From the NCBI GenBank assembly GCA_002721445.1, contig PBKN01000012.1:8362-72361 (forward strand): 64,000 nt of DNA, written 5' to 3'. This DNA comes from Chloroflexota bacterium. GTDB lineage: Bacteria; Chloroflexota; Dehalococcoidia; Lucifugimonadales; GCA-002723415. The notes beneath the pieces were generated by a model, which was given only the letters and a program-made list of their open reading frames with translations, ran no database searches and was not told where the DNA came from. The first letter of the stretch is position 1, and each line of letters begins with the position of its first letter. This document shows, piece after piece, positions 21,772 to 31,788 of this stretch. The translations under genes and the position numbers were made by a program.

Positions 21772-22860
21772 CTAATATAAGTCTTTAATATAATCAACTA
21801 CTGAATCCCCAACTTTAGAAGTAGAAGATGTTCCTCCTAAATCTTTAGTCAAAATATTTCCCTCTTTAATTAATTGTTCTACAGCACTTTGTATAATTTT
21901 AGAAGAGCTACTTTCTCCTAAATGGTCTAACATCATTGCTCCAGAAAAAATAGTGGCCAAAGGATTTGACACACCTTGATCTATTATATCTGGGGCACTC
22001 CCATGAACTGGTTCAAACATAGAAGGAAAATTACGAGATGGATCAATATTTCCACTAGGAGCTAATCCCATACTCCCAGTAATTATTGCTCCAATATCTG
22101 TTAAAATATCGCCAAATAAATTACTCGCAACTACTACATCAAAAACTTCTGGTTTACGAATAAAATCCATACATGCTGCATCAACTAATAAAGATTCAGT
22201 TTTTATATCTGGATAATTTCTTGCAATATTATCAAATGCTCTATCCCATACAACCATTCCATATCCTTGAGCATTTGATTTCGTTACTGAAGTTACTAAT
22301 TTCTTATTTCCTCTTTTGCGTGCAAGCTGAAAAGCATAATTTATTACTCTTTCACAACCTCTTTTAGTAAATACTCCTGTTTGAATCCCAATTTCGTTAG
22401 AATCACCAAAGTACTGAAATCCACCAATATTAGCATATTCTCCTTCAGTGTTTTCTCTTATAACAACAAAATCTATTTCACCAGCCTTATAACCTTTGAG
22501 AGGGGAAGTTACACCTTGGTATAAAGTAGATGGACGTTCACAAACATATTGATCAAATTTCCTTCTTATTGGTAATAACAACCCATTTAAAGTAATGTGA
22601 TCTTGTAATTCAGGATGGCCTACAGCACCTAAATATATTGAATCAAAATTCAATAATTGATTGAGCCCATCATCTGGCATCATAAATCCGTTTTTGAAAT
22701 AATAATCAGAGCCCCAATCAAATTCAACAAAAGAAAAACTTATATTACTATTTTTCGAAATAAAATTTAATACTTTTAAGCCTTCCTCAATTACTTCAGG
22801 CCCTATGCCATCTCCTCTTATAACTGCTATATTATATTCTGACATATAATCTCCATTCAT
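21772..22860 (-). CDS. Isocitrate/isopropylmalate dehydrogenase family, tartrate dehydrogenase/decarboxylase-like; true start probably at 22845 (MSEYN)
   Basis: YNIAVIRGDGIGPEVIEEG, VVIRENTEGEYANIGG, MFEPVHGSAPDIIDQGVSNP. Confidence 0.87.
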   Translation of the reverse strand: MNGDYMSEYNIAVIRGDGIGPEVIEEGLKVLNFISKNSNISFSFVEFDWGSDYYFKNGFMMPDDGLNQLLNFDSIYLGAVGHPELQDHITLNGLLLPIRRKFDQYVCERPSTLYQGVTSPLKGYKAGEIDFVVIRENTEGEYANIGGFQYFGDSNEIGIQTGVFTKRGCERVINYAFQLARKRGNKKLVTSVTKSNAQGYGMVVWDRAFDNIARNYPDIKTESLLVDAACMDFIRKPEVFDVVVASNLFGDILTDIGAIITGSMGLAPSGNIDPSRNFPSMFEPVHGSAPDIIDQGVSNPLATIFSGAMMLDHLGESSSSKIIQSAVEQLIKEGNILTKDLGGTSSTSKVGDSVVDYIKDLY

Positions 22861-23354
22861 TTTTTTTCTGCATATTCAAAAGCTTTAATAGCAAGTGACT
22901 TTACATCTTCAGGTATAGTTTTAAATGAGCCATCAGGTGTCATTAAAGGCAAATCTCTCAATAAATCCTCCTTTAACACCCATAGCCAATCAGGTTTTAA
23001 TGAATATTTTTTTTCAACTAATTTACAAAAATATATCATATCTATATGGTTATGATTACCTATAATTTTATCTGAAATTTTTTCTAACATAATAATAAAT
23101 GGTGGTTCAATCTGAATAGGATCATCAAAATCTAATCTTTCCCTAGTATTTAATATTTCTACTTTAAGACCGGTTTCTTCAAAAACCTCTCTCAACACTG
23201 TTTGAGCTGGGTCTTCATTACTTTCTATATGTCCTCCAGGAGGTAACCAAGCTAAAACTTTAGGATGCCAATGAAGTAAAATAGCATTAGAATCTACAAC
23301 AAATCCTGTTGCAGTAAAATGACGTATATTACTCATAAAAAATACCTCAACCAA
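22857..23354 (-). CDS. NUDIX hydrolase; likely start 23336 (MSNIRH)
   Basis: Full Nudix box GHIESNEDPAQTVLREVFEETGL. Confidence 0.93.
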   Translation of the reverse strand: MVEVFFMSNIRHFTATGFVVDSNAILLHWHPKVLAWLPPGGHIESNEDPAQTVLREVFEETGLKVEILNTRERLDFDDPIQIEPPFIIMLEKISDKIIGNHNHIDMIYFCKLVEKKYSLKPDWLWVLKEDLLRDLPLMTPDGSFKTIPEDVKSLAIKAFEYAEKK

Positions 23355-23362
23355 GAGAGAAA

Positions 23363-23435
23363 TGGCCCCAACGGAATTCGAATCCGTGTTTGCGCCTTGA
23401 AAGGGCGCTGTCCTAGGCCTCTAGACGATGGGGCC
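23363..23435 (-). tRNA. tRNA-Glu (anticodon TTC)
   Basis: Reverse complement GGCCCCATCGTCTAGAGGCCTAGGACAGCGCCCTTTCAAGGCGCAAACACGGATTCGAATTCCGTTGGGGCCA: 7-bp acceptor stem, anticodon loop CTTTCAA, T-loop TTCGAAT, no encoded CCA. Confidence 0.97.
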
Positions 23436-23469
23436 ACAATAATTATTGAATATATGAATTATAATTCTT

Positions 23470-24504
23470 TTATGGGTATATAGCCAACTGTTTTAATCCC
23501 TCATCTTCATTAAATCCACACATAATATTCATATTTTGTACAGCTTGACCTGCAGCACCTTTAACTAAGTTATCTATAGAACTTATAACTATTATTTTTT
23601 TTGAAATATTATCAAGATATGGATATATAACACAGTTATTAGTCCCTAAAGTCTGTTTAGTCATTGGTGAAGAATCTATAATTTCAACAAATGGATGGTC
23701 TAAATAAAAATCTTTAAACAAATCTAAAAGTTGTATTTGCCCTTTATCACCTTCACTCAATACATTTTCTTTGAGAGAAGTATAAGATGTAGCTAATATT
23801 CCTCTTACCATAGGAGAAAGATGCGGGACAAAAGTTATACTAGTGTTTAGATTTGGATTTATTAAATCTAACTCTTGTTTGATTTCAGGCATATGCCTGT
23901 GATTGTTAACTGAATATGCTAGCATATTTTCTGTCATTTCAGAAAAATGAGTTTTTAATGCCAAAGCTCTTCCTGCACCAGAAACTCCAGATTTTGCATC
24001 TATAATAATATCATTAGTAATGATTTTATTATTAACTAAAGGAGCTAAGGCTAATATAGATGCGGTAGGATAACATCCAGGATTTGCTACTAAATTTGAA
24101 GATTCAATTTCATCTCTATATATTTCTGGTAAACCATATACTGATTTTTTCAGAATACTTGGATACAAGTGATCGTAATCATACCAAATTTTATATTGTT
24201 CTTTATTTTTCAACCTAAAATCTGCACTTATATCAACAATTTTCGTGTCTTTATCAATGTAATTTTTTATTTTTTCTGCACTAGCAGAATGTGGCAATGC
24301 AGAAAAAATAAATTTAACATTAGGATCTAATTCTTCAGTTATTCTTAAATTAACCTGAGAAAGATGTGGGAAAACTTCACCTAGCATTTTACCAACTGAA
24401 CTTCTACCAGTAACTGAAACTATATCCACTTCTTTATGTTGATATAAAATACGAGCTAGCTCAGAACCAGCATAACCAGTAACATTAATTATTCCAACTT
24501 TCAT
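23470..24504 (-). CDS. argC: N-acetyl-gamma-glutamyl-phosphate reductase
   Basis: GIINVTGYAGSELARIL, ALPHSASAEKI, NPGCYPTASILALAPL, SGVSGAGR. Confidence 0.96.
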   Translation of the reverse strand: MKVGIINVTGYAGSELARILYQHKEVDIVSVTGRSSVGKMLGEVFPHLSQVNLRITEELDPNVKFIFSALPHSASAEKIKNYIDKDTKIVDISADFRLKNKEQYKIWYDYDHLYPSILKKSVYGLPEIYRDEIESSNLVANPGCYPTASILALAPLVNNKIITNDIIIDAKSGVSGAGRALALKTHFSEMTENMLAYSVNNHRHMPEIKQELDLINPNLNTSITFVPHLSPMVRGILATSYTSLKENVLSEGDKGQIQLLDLFKDFYLDHPFVEIIDSSPMTKQTLGTNNCVIYPYLDNISKKIIVISSIDNLVKGAAGQAVQNMNIMCGFNEDEGLKQLAIYP

Positions 24505-24566
24505 TTAAGCCTCAATAATAAATACTATATGAATTAGATTACTATTATACAGTAAAAATCAAATTA

Positions 24567-25247
24567 TTATTCTTTTGATGGGCAAATAGTAGACAAAACA
24601 CATGAAGCACATTTAGGCCCTCTGGCCTGGCAAACTTCTCTACCATGCCTAATAAGATTCATGTGAAATGAAAATACTTTATCTGGTTTAATCATTTCTT
24701 CTAAAATCTCATGTGCATCATCAGCATTGATTTTATTATTAATAAAGCCTAACCTTTTTGAAAGACGAAAAATATGTGTGTCTACAGGCATTACAGGCAT
24801 ACCAAAAGAAAAACATAGAACTATTGCAGCAGTTTTGGGGCCTATACCAGGTAAAGATTTAAGCCATGACTTAGCCTCATCTATATCCATTTCTGATAAA
24901 AAAGAAAGATCGAATGAACCTATATTTTCGTAAATAATTTGGAGGACTTCTTTTATTCTAGATGCTTTTATTTTTGCTAGGCCTCCTCTATAAATTGCCG
25001 ATTCTACACTTTTAACAGGTGCATCTTTTAATAATTCAAAAGATTTAAATTTTTTAATTAAGCTATTAAATGCTCTAATAGAATTAATGTCAGAAGTATG
25101 TTGAGATAATATTGTATACACTAATTCAGATATGGGATCCCTTCTAGCTTCCCAATCAATTTCACCATATTCTTTTTGCAATAATTTTATTGTTTTATTA
25201 ATTTGTTTAATTTTTGAAGCAGTATCTTTTGAATTGCTTTTAATCAA
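24567..25247 (-). CDS. nth: Endonuclease III-like DNA glycosylase/AP lyase
   Basis: HhH motif LPGIGPKTAAIVL, MPVDTHIFRLSKRLG, FeS Cys pattern CQARGPKCASCVLSTIC. Confidence 0.94.
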   Translation of the reverse strand: MIKSNSKDTASKIKQINKTIKLLQKEYGEIDWEARRDPISELVYTILSQHTSDINSIRAFNSLIKKFKSFELLKDAPVKSVESAIYRGGLAKIKASRIKEVLQIIYENIGSFDLSFLSEMDIDEAKSWLKSLPGIGPKTAAIVLCFSFGMPVMPVDTHIFRLSKRLGFINNKINADDAHEILEEMIKPDKVFSFHMNLIRHGREVCQARGPKCASCVLSTICPSKE

Positions 25248-25347
25248 ACCTTACCTCGTTTTAAATATATAATGATAAACATTTATACTTTAATTGATAT
25301 ATAATAACAAAATTAATTATATATCAATCTTAATAAGGATATGTAGC

Positions 25348-26280
25348 TTGGATGTAATAAATTTAATCAATAATATATCTGATGATAATATACCTTACAA
25401 ACATTCAGACTTAATCCATATTTCAAGTATTAACAAAAAACAATTAGAAGTATTTTTCAAAACTTGGAAAGGTATTTCTAAAACACGAAAAATAGATTTA
25501 TTAAAAAAATTCATTTTATTATCTGAAGAAAATGTTGAACTAGACTATTCTCAAATATTTATAAGATTTCTAACAGATGAAGAACCTGAAATTAACCAAC
25601 TCTCACTTGAAGGCTTATGGGAATATGAAGGTAGAGAAATAATTGATCCAGTTATAAGTTTACTTGATAAAATTCACTCTGTTGAAGTAAGAATTTCTGC
25701 TATTTCACTTTTAGGTATATATATCATGCATGCTCTAGATAAAAAAATAATTAAAAGAGATGCTGATAAAATAATTAATCAACTTAAGTTAATATTTAAA
25801 AATGAAAAAGATATAAATATAAGAAAAAAAGTGCTCGAAGCTATATCTCCTTATGGAGATGAAGAAATAAACATATTTATAAATCAAACATATAAATCAA
25901 ATAATATAGAGTTTAAAAAAAGTGCTATATTCTCAATGGGTCAAACTTACAACGAAAAGTGGTTACCTAAAATATTATCAGAATTAGATTCTATTAATCC
26001 TGGTATTAGATTTGAGGCAGTAAATGCTTATGCTAAACTTTGCAATTCAAATAATATTTCTCCTATAGTTAAACTTATAAAAGATAATGATCATGAAATA
26101 AGAATAGCCACGTTAAATGCTATAGGTGTAATTGGTGGAGAAACATCAATAAAATTTCTTGAAACCATTTCGAACAAATCTAATTCCAGTCTATCTAAAG
26201 CAGCAAATGAAATATTAAAGAATATAAAATCTGAAGAAAATTATTCCTTCTTCACTCCAATAGAAATAAATCCAAATTAA
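25348..26280 (+). CDS. HEAT-repeat protein (TTG start at 25348 preferred over listed 25294)
   Basis: Repeated alpha-helical EVRISAISLLG..., IRFEAVNAYAKL, HEIRIATLNAIGVIG; AAGGA Shine-Dalgarno-like site about 8 nt upstream of TTG 25348. Confidence 0.8.
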   Translation: MDVINLINNISDDNIPYKHSDLIHISSINKKQLEVFFKTWKGISKTRKIDLLKKFILLSEENVELDYSQIFIRFLTDEEPEINQLSLEGLWEYEGREIIDPVISLLDKIHSVEVRISAISLLGIYIMHALDKKIIKRDADKIINQLKLIFKNEKDINIRKKVLEAISPYGDEEINIFINQTYKSNNIEFKKSAIFSMGQTYNEKWLPKILSELDSINPGIRFEAVNAYAKLCNSNNISPIVKLIKDNDHEIRIATLNAIGVIGGETSIKFLETISNKSNSSLSKAANEILKNIKSEENYSFFTPIEINPN

Positions 26281-26308
26281 TTGATTTAAGCTTAGAAAAA
26301 CTAATTTA

Positions 26309-27250
26309 ATGACAATGTTAAAAAAATCAAATGATCATATCTGTGTAATTGGATCAGGCATAATTGGATCAGGCATAGCTTTAGATTTTGCTTTATCAGA
26401 TTATAAAGTAAAATTGATTACACGAACAAAAGAAAGTATAAAAAAGGCAAAAAGATTAATTACTGACGATATAAATTTTTTATTGAAAATTAAAAAAATA
26501 AGTGATAATGAAATTAAAAAAATAAAAAAGAAAATAGAATTTTCTTATTCAATAGAAAATTCTGTTAAAAACAGCCCTTTAATTATAGAAGCTATATATG
26601 AAAACCTACCTGATAAAATAGAATTATTTTCAAAACTAGATAAAGTATGTAATCCTGAGACCATAATTACCAGTAGCACTTCTAGTTTTCTGCCTGAGCA
26701 ATTTCAATTAAGCTCTAATCGTCAAAAAAACATAATTTTAACTCATTATATTAATCCGCCATATATTATTCCTTTAGTTGAAATTGTTCCTGGAAGTAAA
26801 AGTTCAGATAAAACCATATCTGCAGTATATGAATTACTAAAATCAATAAATAAAAAACCTGTTATCCTCGATAAACCTATACCAGGTTTTATATCTGTAA
26901 GATTACAAGTTGCCTTAATTAGAGAAGCTCTTTATTTGATCGATAATAATCTTGCAAGTGCTAAACAAATAGATGATGTAATCAAATACAGTATTGGTAG
27001 AAGGTGGGCAACATCTGGTTTATTAAAAACACTAGATCTAGGTGGCTGGGATGTTCAATCTAATATATATAAAACCCTTGTAACTGAATTATCCGATTCA
27101 AAAAATATTCCGAAAATACTTAAATCTAATCTACTTGAAAAAAAATTAGGAACTAAATCACAAGAAGGCTTCTATAAATGGACACCAGAAGAAATAATAG
27201 AAATAAAAACAAATATTGCTAAAATTTCTTATTATTTAGACAAATTTTAG
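26309..27250 (+). CDS. 3-hydroxyacyl-CoA dehydrogenase family
   Basis: Rossmann motif VIGSGIIGSGIALDFAL, TSSTSSFLPEQ, HYINPPYIIPLVEIVPG, GFISVRLQVALIREAL. Confidence 0.85.
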   Translation: MTMLKKSNDHICVIGSGIIGSGIALDFALSDYKVKLITRTKESIKKAKRLITDDINFLLKIKKISDNEIKKIKKKIEFSYSIENSVKNSPLIIEAIYENLPDKIELFSKLDKVCNPETIITSSTSSFLPEQFQLSSNRQKNIILTHYINPPYIIPLVEIVPGSKSSDKTISAVYELLKSINKKPVILDKPIPGFISVRLQVALIREALYLIDNNLASAKQIDDVIKYSIGRRWATSGLLKTLDLGGWDVQSNIYKTLVTELSDSKNIPKILKSNLLEKKLGTKSQEGFYKWTPEEIIEIKTNIAKISYYLDKF

Positions 27251-27261
27251 TATATCTAATT

Positions 27262-27672
27262 TTACAAAATACCAACAGCTTTAATTTCAACTAAATATTC
27301 ATCACTTACTAAAGATTCTACAACAAGTAAAGTATTTGCAGGATAATCATGATTAGGATAATAATTAGAGAAAACTTCTTTTCTAGCATCTAAAAAAGGT
27401 TTGATCGATTCTTTTCCAACTAAATAAGTTGTAAATTCTAATATATCGCTCATGTCAGCACTCTGACTATTTAATATAAGTTGAATATTTCTAAATGTCT
27501 GAACAGTTTGCTTGAATACATCATTTTTCCCAACTAGGGTTCCGTTTATATCTACACCTACTTGACCAGAGATAAAAATTAATTCATCCTTATTAGATTT
27601 AACTGCCTGAGAATATAAACCAAGAGCTCTTGGTGCTTTTTTCGTATTTATAATTGACTTAGTTCTAACCAT
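27262..27672 (-). CDS. RidA/YjgF/YER057c family protein (listed ORF extends to 27729)
   Basis: GLYSQAVKSNKDELIFISGQVGVD, PANTLLVVESL; AAAGGAG about 9 nt upstream of ATG 27672. Confidence 0.88.
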   Translation of the reverse strand: MVRTKSIINTKKAPRALGLYSQAVKSNKDELIFISGQVGVDINGTLVGKNDVFKQTVQTFRNIQLILNSQSADMSDILEFTTYLVGKESIKPFLDARKEVFSNYYPNHDYPANTLLVVESLVSDEYLVEIKAVGIL

Positions 27673-27899
27673 ATTTGTTTTTTCTCCTTTACAATAAAAA
27701 TTATAATAACCTCTCTTAAATCTCTTCACTTATACGATAAGTTCAAACAATTCATGCTAACTATGATTCAAGGAGTTTAATGATGTAATTAAAATATTAA
27801 TAGCCTAGTTATACGCATACTTTTATTTAAAGTGCAACAAGCCTTAATCCACCAAATACTATTATTTGTCTTTCAGTGATATTTACTGTTTTCTCCTCA

Positions 27900-29279
27900 T
27901 TAATTTATATTATCTAGAATAGTTTGTCGTAATTGTGGTGCTCGAATAGATACTTCTCGGGCGATTTCATTTTCATCGACATTTAAAATTTTACTATTAC
28001 GCATGACTATCTGGCCATTAATAATCACGTCATTTACATCACTCCCACGTAAAGAATTTACAATCGCAAAGTAAGGATCGTCTATTGGTAAAGCATTGAG
28101 TCCCGGATTCAGAATCAGCAAGTCAGCGCGTTTTCCTGTTTCTAGCGAGCCAATTTCTTCATCAAGCCCACAAACACTTGCTCCTCCCAAAGTGGCCATT
28201 TTTACTAGCTCAAAAGGACTGATAACATTATCATCTAAATATGGGGTTCCATAATGTAGAGATTGAGCAATACCCGATAATTTCATGGCTTCAAATAAAT
28301 CCAATGAACCACGATTAGCTCCATCTGTACCTATTCCTATTTTAATACCTAACTTCTTCATTTGAACAAGTTTTGCCATACCTAAAGATGAAAAATTAGG
28401 AGATGGGCAATGAGCCACCCCTACTTGATGTTTGGCATATAGATCTACTTCTTTGTCGCTGAGCAAAACAGAATGGGCAGCGATTACATTTGAATTTAAG
28501 AATTCCAGGCTTGCAAGGTAATTTGCGGGTCTCATTCCATGATGGTCCTGAGCATGATAAATTTCATAGTGACCTTCATTGGCATGTGTTTGTACCATAG
28601 TGCTATATTCTTCTGCCATTTCAGCTGTTTTTTGTATTAGTTGTGGTGTACAAACTGTGATTTGCCGTAATGAGAAAACACCGCGAAGAAGACTATCATC
28701 ATCATTATTTTTGAATGGCCATCGTTGTACTACTTCTAGGTTTTTTTCAATTGCTTCTTCAGTCGAAAATAACATGTTATCTGGTAAATTCGGCAATCCA
28801 GTATCCATATCCATAGTAGAAATAGCTATAAGACCACGTATACCAACATTTTCTGCTGCTTTTACTAACTGTTCGGGATGACGTCCACCGTGTTCTGCAA
28901 AACAAGTAGTCCCAACACGTATTAAATTGCTATAAGCTGCTACACCACTTAAATATACATCTTCAGGAGTTAATTGTGACTCAAATGGAATGAGATAGTT
29001 CTTCCAAAAAGGATGTCGTGTTCCACTTCGAGCAATAGCAGCTCCCATTCCTCGCATCAAGTGCTGACATGTGTGGAAATGAGAATCTATCAGACCAGGC
29101 ATAATAATTTTTCCAGTTGCGTCAATTACCTGATCTACAGTTGTTTCAATATCTGAAGTGGTTTCATTTTGCGGAGCAATTGAAACAATTCGTGTTCCTT
29201 GTATAAGAATATGTCCATTATAAATAACACCCGATGATCCCATACTCACAATCGTGGCATTTTTTATCAATATATTCAT
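27900..29279 (-). CDS. Cytosine deaminase/atrazine chlorohydrolase-like amidohydrolase (AtzA/TrzN/SsnA superfamily)
   Basis: GLIDSHFHTCQHLMRGMG, TTCFAEHG, VQTHANEG, VIAAHSVLL, VAHCPSPNFSSLGMAK, GIGTDGANRGSLDLFEAM, GKRADLLIL. Confidence 0.92.
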   Translation of the reverse strand: MNILIKNATIVSMGSSGVIYNGHILIQGTRIVSIAPQNETTSDIETTVDQVIDATGKIIMPGLIDSHFHTCQHLMRGMGAAIARSGTRHPFWKNYLIPFESQLTPEDVYLSGVAAYSNLIRVGTTCFAEHGGRHPEQLVKAAENVGIRGLIAISTMDMDTGLPNLPDNMLFSTEEAIEKNLEVVQRWPFKNNDDDSLLRGVFSLRQITVCTPQLIQKTAEMAEEYSTMVQTHANEGHYEIYHAQDHHGMRPANYLASLEFLNSNVIAAHSVLLSDKEVDLYAKHQVGVAHCPSPNFSSLGMAKLVQMKKLGIKIGIGTDGANRGSLDLFEAMKLSGIAQSLHYGTPYLDDNVISPFELVKMATLGGASVCGLDEEIGSLETGKRADLLILNPGLNALPIDDPYFAIVNSLRGSDVNDVIINGQIVMRNSKILNVDENEIAREVSIRAPQLRQTILDNIN

Positions 29280-29488
29280 AGATTACCTACACAACTATCT
29301 TATAAGTTGAGTTTCTATTTCTTTATTTTCAGTTGATACCATACCTATTCATTTCGATTAGATAAATATTACAACAGTTGTCATTAAAAGAGATAGGGGT
29401 TTTATATTAAAAGTATATCTATATCATATTGAATACATGTACTTTATAGAGCCTCTCATAACATATCATATATAGGTATTTAAATTTG

Positions 29489-29791
29489 TTATGTTGATTG
29501 ATACCCTTCAGTCCAATACGAAATATATTCACCATCCACCCAAGTTGGCTCTGAATCAAGATGTTCCATTATCTTTTGAAAATTTTCATGTTGGTCAGGA
29601 TTATTCGCATTTGCCAAATGCGCTTCCTTACTTTCAAAAACTGCAACTCCAATCCATTCAGGTTGATTATCAGGATTCATTAAAAACCAACTTATTCCTC
29701 CAGCAGGAGGCTCTTCTCTAGAATTGAAAACTGCTAACAATTGGTCTTCATGACCAGCTTTTACCTTCATTGTAAAAATAGTGCCATACAT
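29489..29791 (-). CDS. Small ABM-like dimeric alpha/beta-barrel protein
   Basis: MYGTIFTMKVKAGHEDQLLAVF..., FESKEAHLANANNPDQHENFQKIMEHL, typical of ABM-fold monooxygenase-like proteins. Confidence 0.7.
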   Translation of the reverse strand: MYGTIFTMKVKAGHEDQLLAVFNSREEPPAGGISWFLMNPDNQPEWIGVAVFESKEAHLANANNPDQHENFQKIMEHLDSEPTWVDGEYISYWTEGYQST

Positions 29792-29837
29792 AAAAATACC
29801 TCTCTTTTAATTTAAAGACTTTCAAGTAATAAGTTCT

Positions 29838-30626
29838 CTATAACGATTTAATACAATCAGATTCAAGAGACTTTAATGGAGAAAAATCTCTGTTATTTTG
29901 ATACCAGGGTCTTGTAGCTTCTGTACAAGCATTACTTACAGCATTATAGTTCATATAAATTATTGACCTACTCCATGGGGAAACATTATTTGCTGATCCA
30001 TGCAAAACATTACAATGAACAAATGCAACTGATCCAGATGGACCAATTAATGGATCTATACCATATTTATTTGCTAAATTTTCTAATATATCATTAGTTA
30101 TATGATGTAATTCATAGCCTTTTCCTTCAGCATCTTTATGTAATGACGAAGTCAATAATCCTTCCTTATGGGAACCTGGTAAAACAAGTAGAGGAGATGT
30201 AACTGGGGTACAATCGTCAATAAAAATACTTGCCATAATACATTTAGGTTTTAACATTCCGTCAATTTTATGAAATGGAGGAAAATCTTGGTGCCAATCC
30301 CAAGAAGCACCAGATCCAAAACCTTGCTTAGGGTTTAACCTACTCTGGTGTAAATATACATTTTCATTTAATAACTGTCTAACAGGGTCTAAAATTTTTG
30401 GATGTAACGATAATCTGCGAAAAATTTCCGAATATACATGAACACCAAAAGCTAACCTTGTAGCAGAAATATCATGCTTTTCTCTAATTATTTCTGGACC
30501 TTTTCGGTTATATATATCAGGTAGCGCAGATTTTAATTTATTAATTTCATCAACATCGAGTAAAGAAGGAAAAAATAAATATCCTTTTTTATTATATTCT
30601 TGAACTTGTAACCCAGTTAAATTCAT
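29838..30626 (-). CDS. Phytanoyl-CoA dioxygenase (PhyH) family
   Basis: WHQDFPPFHKIDG metal motif, LVLPGSHKEG, HGSANNVSPWSRSIIYMNYN (distal His and Arg). Confidence 0.88.
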   Translation of the reverse strand: MNLTGLQVQEYNKKGYLFFPSLLDVDEINKLKSALPDIYNRKGPEIIREKHDISATRLAFGVHVYSEIFRRLSLHPKILDPVRQLLNENVYLHQSRLNPKQGFGSGASWDWHQDFPPFHKIDGMLKPKCIMASIFIDDCTPVTSPLLVLPGSHKEGLLTSSLHKDAEGKGYELHHITNDILENLANKYGIDPLIGPSGSVAFVHCNVLHGSANNVSPWSRSIIYMNYNAVSNACTEATRPWYQNNRDFSPLKSLESDCIKSL

Positions 30627-30672
30627 GGCTATTTATACCAACATAATTTTTGTTCAATGACTATCGAATGAA

Positions 30673-31767
30673 TTACTGTGTACATCCTCTGCCTGGAATA
30701 TCCCAGACTTCTTCAACTATTCCATTTCTAATACAAATATATTGATCCCATCTATTTACCAGCATATCTTGATAATGTGGTTCAAGTAATAATTTATCGC
30801 CAATAGCTAATGAGTCAGATTTATCTGTTGTAAACACAACATGATTTTCTCTAAACTTATCTACTTTAACATCAGGTCTTGAATATACCGTTGGGCCAAA
30901 TCCAGTCCAAGAATGAGCTAAAGTACCAACATCTCCAATAAATTTACAATCTGATGGATTACTTATTACTGTTGTAAGAATTTTATTTGCAAGTTTATAA
31001 CCCATATAATCATAAGTATGTCCCATTAATGCGTAACTACCACCTTCAACCTCAGTGACTCCAGGAATATCTGTTGCAACATCAATTGTAAAAGTCTCCC
31101 CACTTGAAACAATTTCTACTGGTATACCTTCTTGTTCTATAGCATTTTTAACATCTAAACAAATTTGTATAGTATCTCTTCCAACTTGCCATCTATCTTC
31201 CTGATCTATAAACTCCGGTAAAGATTGGTGACTCATAACTCCTTTAAATTTAACTCCTGGAAGATCTTGAGTTAATTTAGCAATTGCTACACCTTCTTCG
31301 TTACTCCTCACTCCGGCTCTACCCATTTGAGTGTCAACTTCTATTAATATACCTATTTCAACTGAATTTTTTGAAGCAATTGAAGAAATCATTTTGACAT
31401 TCTCGATATTATCTACACATACTTTTATATCAGCCTGCCTAGCTAACGCACACATACGAGAAATTTTATCAGAGTGTACAACTTGGTTAGGTATTAATAC
31501 ATCATTTATACCACCTTCAACCATAACTTCAGCTTCAGATAATTTTGCTGTACAAACACCACCAACAGTTCCACCTTTATTTATTTGCCTCAAAGCTAAT
31601 CTTGGGCTTTTGATATTTTTCGTATGTTGTCTCATTTTACAATCTGTATCTTTATAAAGATCAGAAACTGATTGCAAATTATAATCTAGTGCATCAAGAT
31701 CAACAATTAAAGAAGGTGTATCTAAATCTTCTAACAAAGTTCCAGGTAATGGCCTATAATTATCCAT
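30673..31767 (-). CDS. D-threonine aldolase/D-serine dehydratase-like PLP enzyme (alanine racemase fold)
   Basis: DTPSLIVDLDALDYN, MRQHTKNIKSP (PLP Lys present), SGETFTID, EGGSYALM, C-terminal EPHYQDMLVNRWD. Confidence 0.85.
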   Translation of the reverse strand: MDNYRPLPGTLLEDLDTPSLIVDLDALDYNLQSVSDLYKDTDCKMRQHTKNIKSPRLALRQINKGGTVGGVCTAKLSEAEVMVEGGINDVLIPNQVVHSDKISRMCALARQADIKVCVDNIENVKMISSIASKNSVEIGILIEVDTQMGRAGVRSNEEGVAIAKLTQDLPGVKFKGVMSHQSLPEFIDQEDRWQVGRDTIQICLDVKNAIEQEGIPVEIVSSGETFTIDVATDIPGVTEVEGGSYALMGHTYDYMGYKLANKILTTVISNPSDCKFIGDVGTLAHSWTGFGPTVYSRPDVKVDKFRENHVVFTTDKSDSLAIGDKLLLEPHYQDMLVNRWDQYICIRNGIVEEVWDIPGRGCTQ

Positions 31768-31788
31768 ATATACTCTCCTCTAAATTAT

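Noticed and set aside
22173-22367. 64-aa plus-strand ORF
   Set aside because: Antisense to the TtuC-like dehydrogenase.
24727-24933. 68-aa plus-strand ORF
   Set aside because: Antisense to nth across its HhH motif.
27730-27899. Possible pseudogene, small RNA or insertion scar in the gap before the amidohydrolase
   Set aside because: No recognisable protein remnant, inverted repeat or RNA structure seen by eye; only the gap length is notable.
28579-28881. 100-aa plus-strand ORF, and 29491..29721, 31331..31657, 31931..32158
   Set aside because: All lie antisense to genes with clear family motifs.
29280-29488. Possible regulatory RNA between the amidohydrolase and ABM genes
   Set aside because: AT-rich with no convincing stem-loop or riboswitch core.
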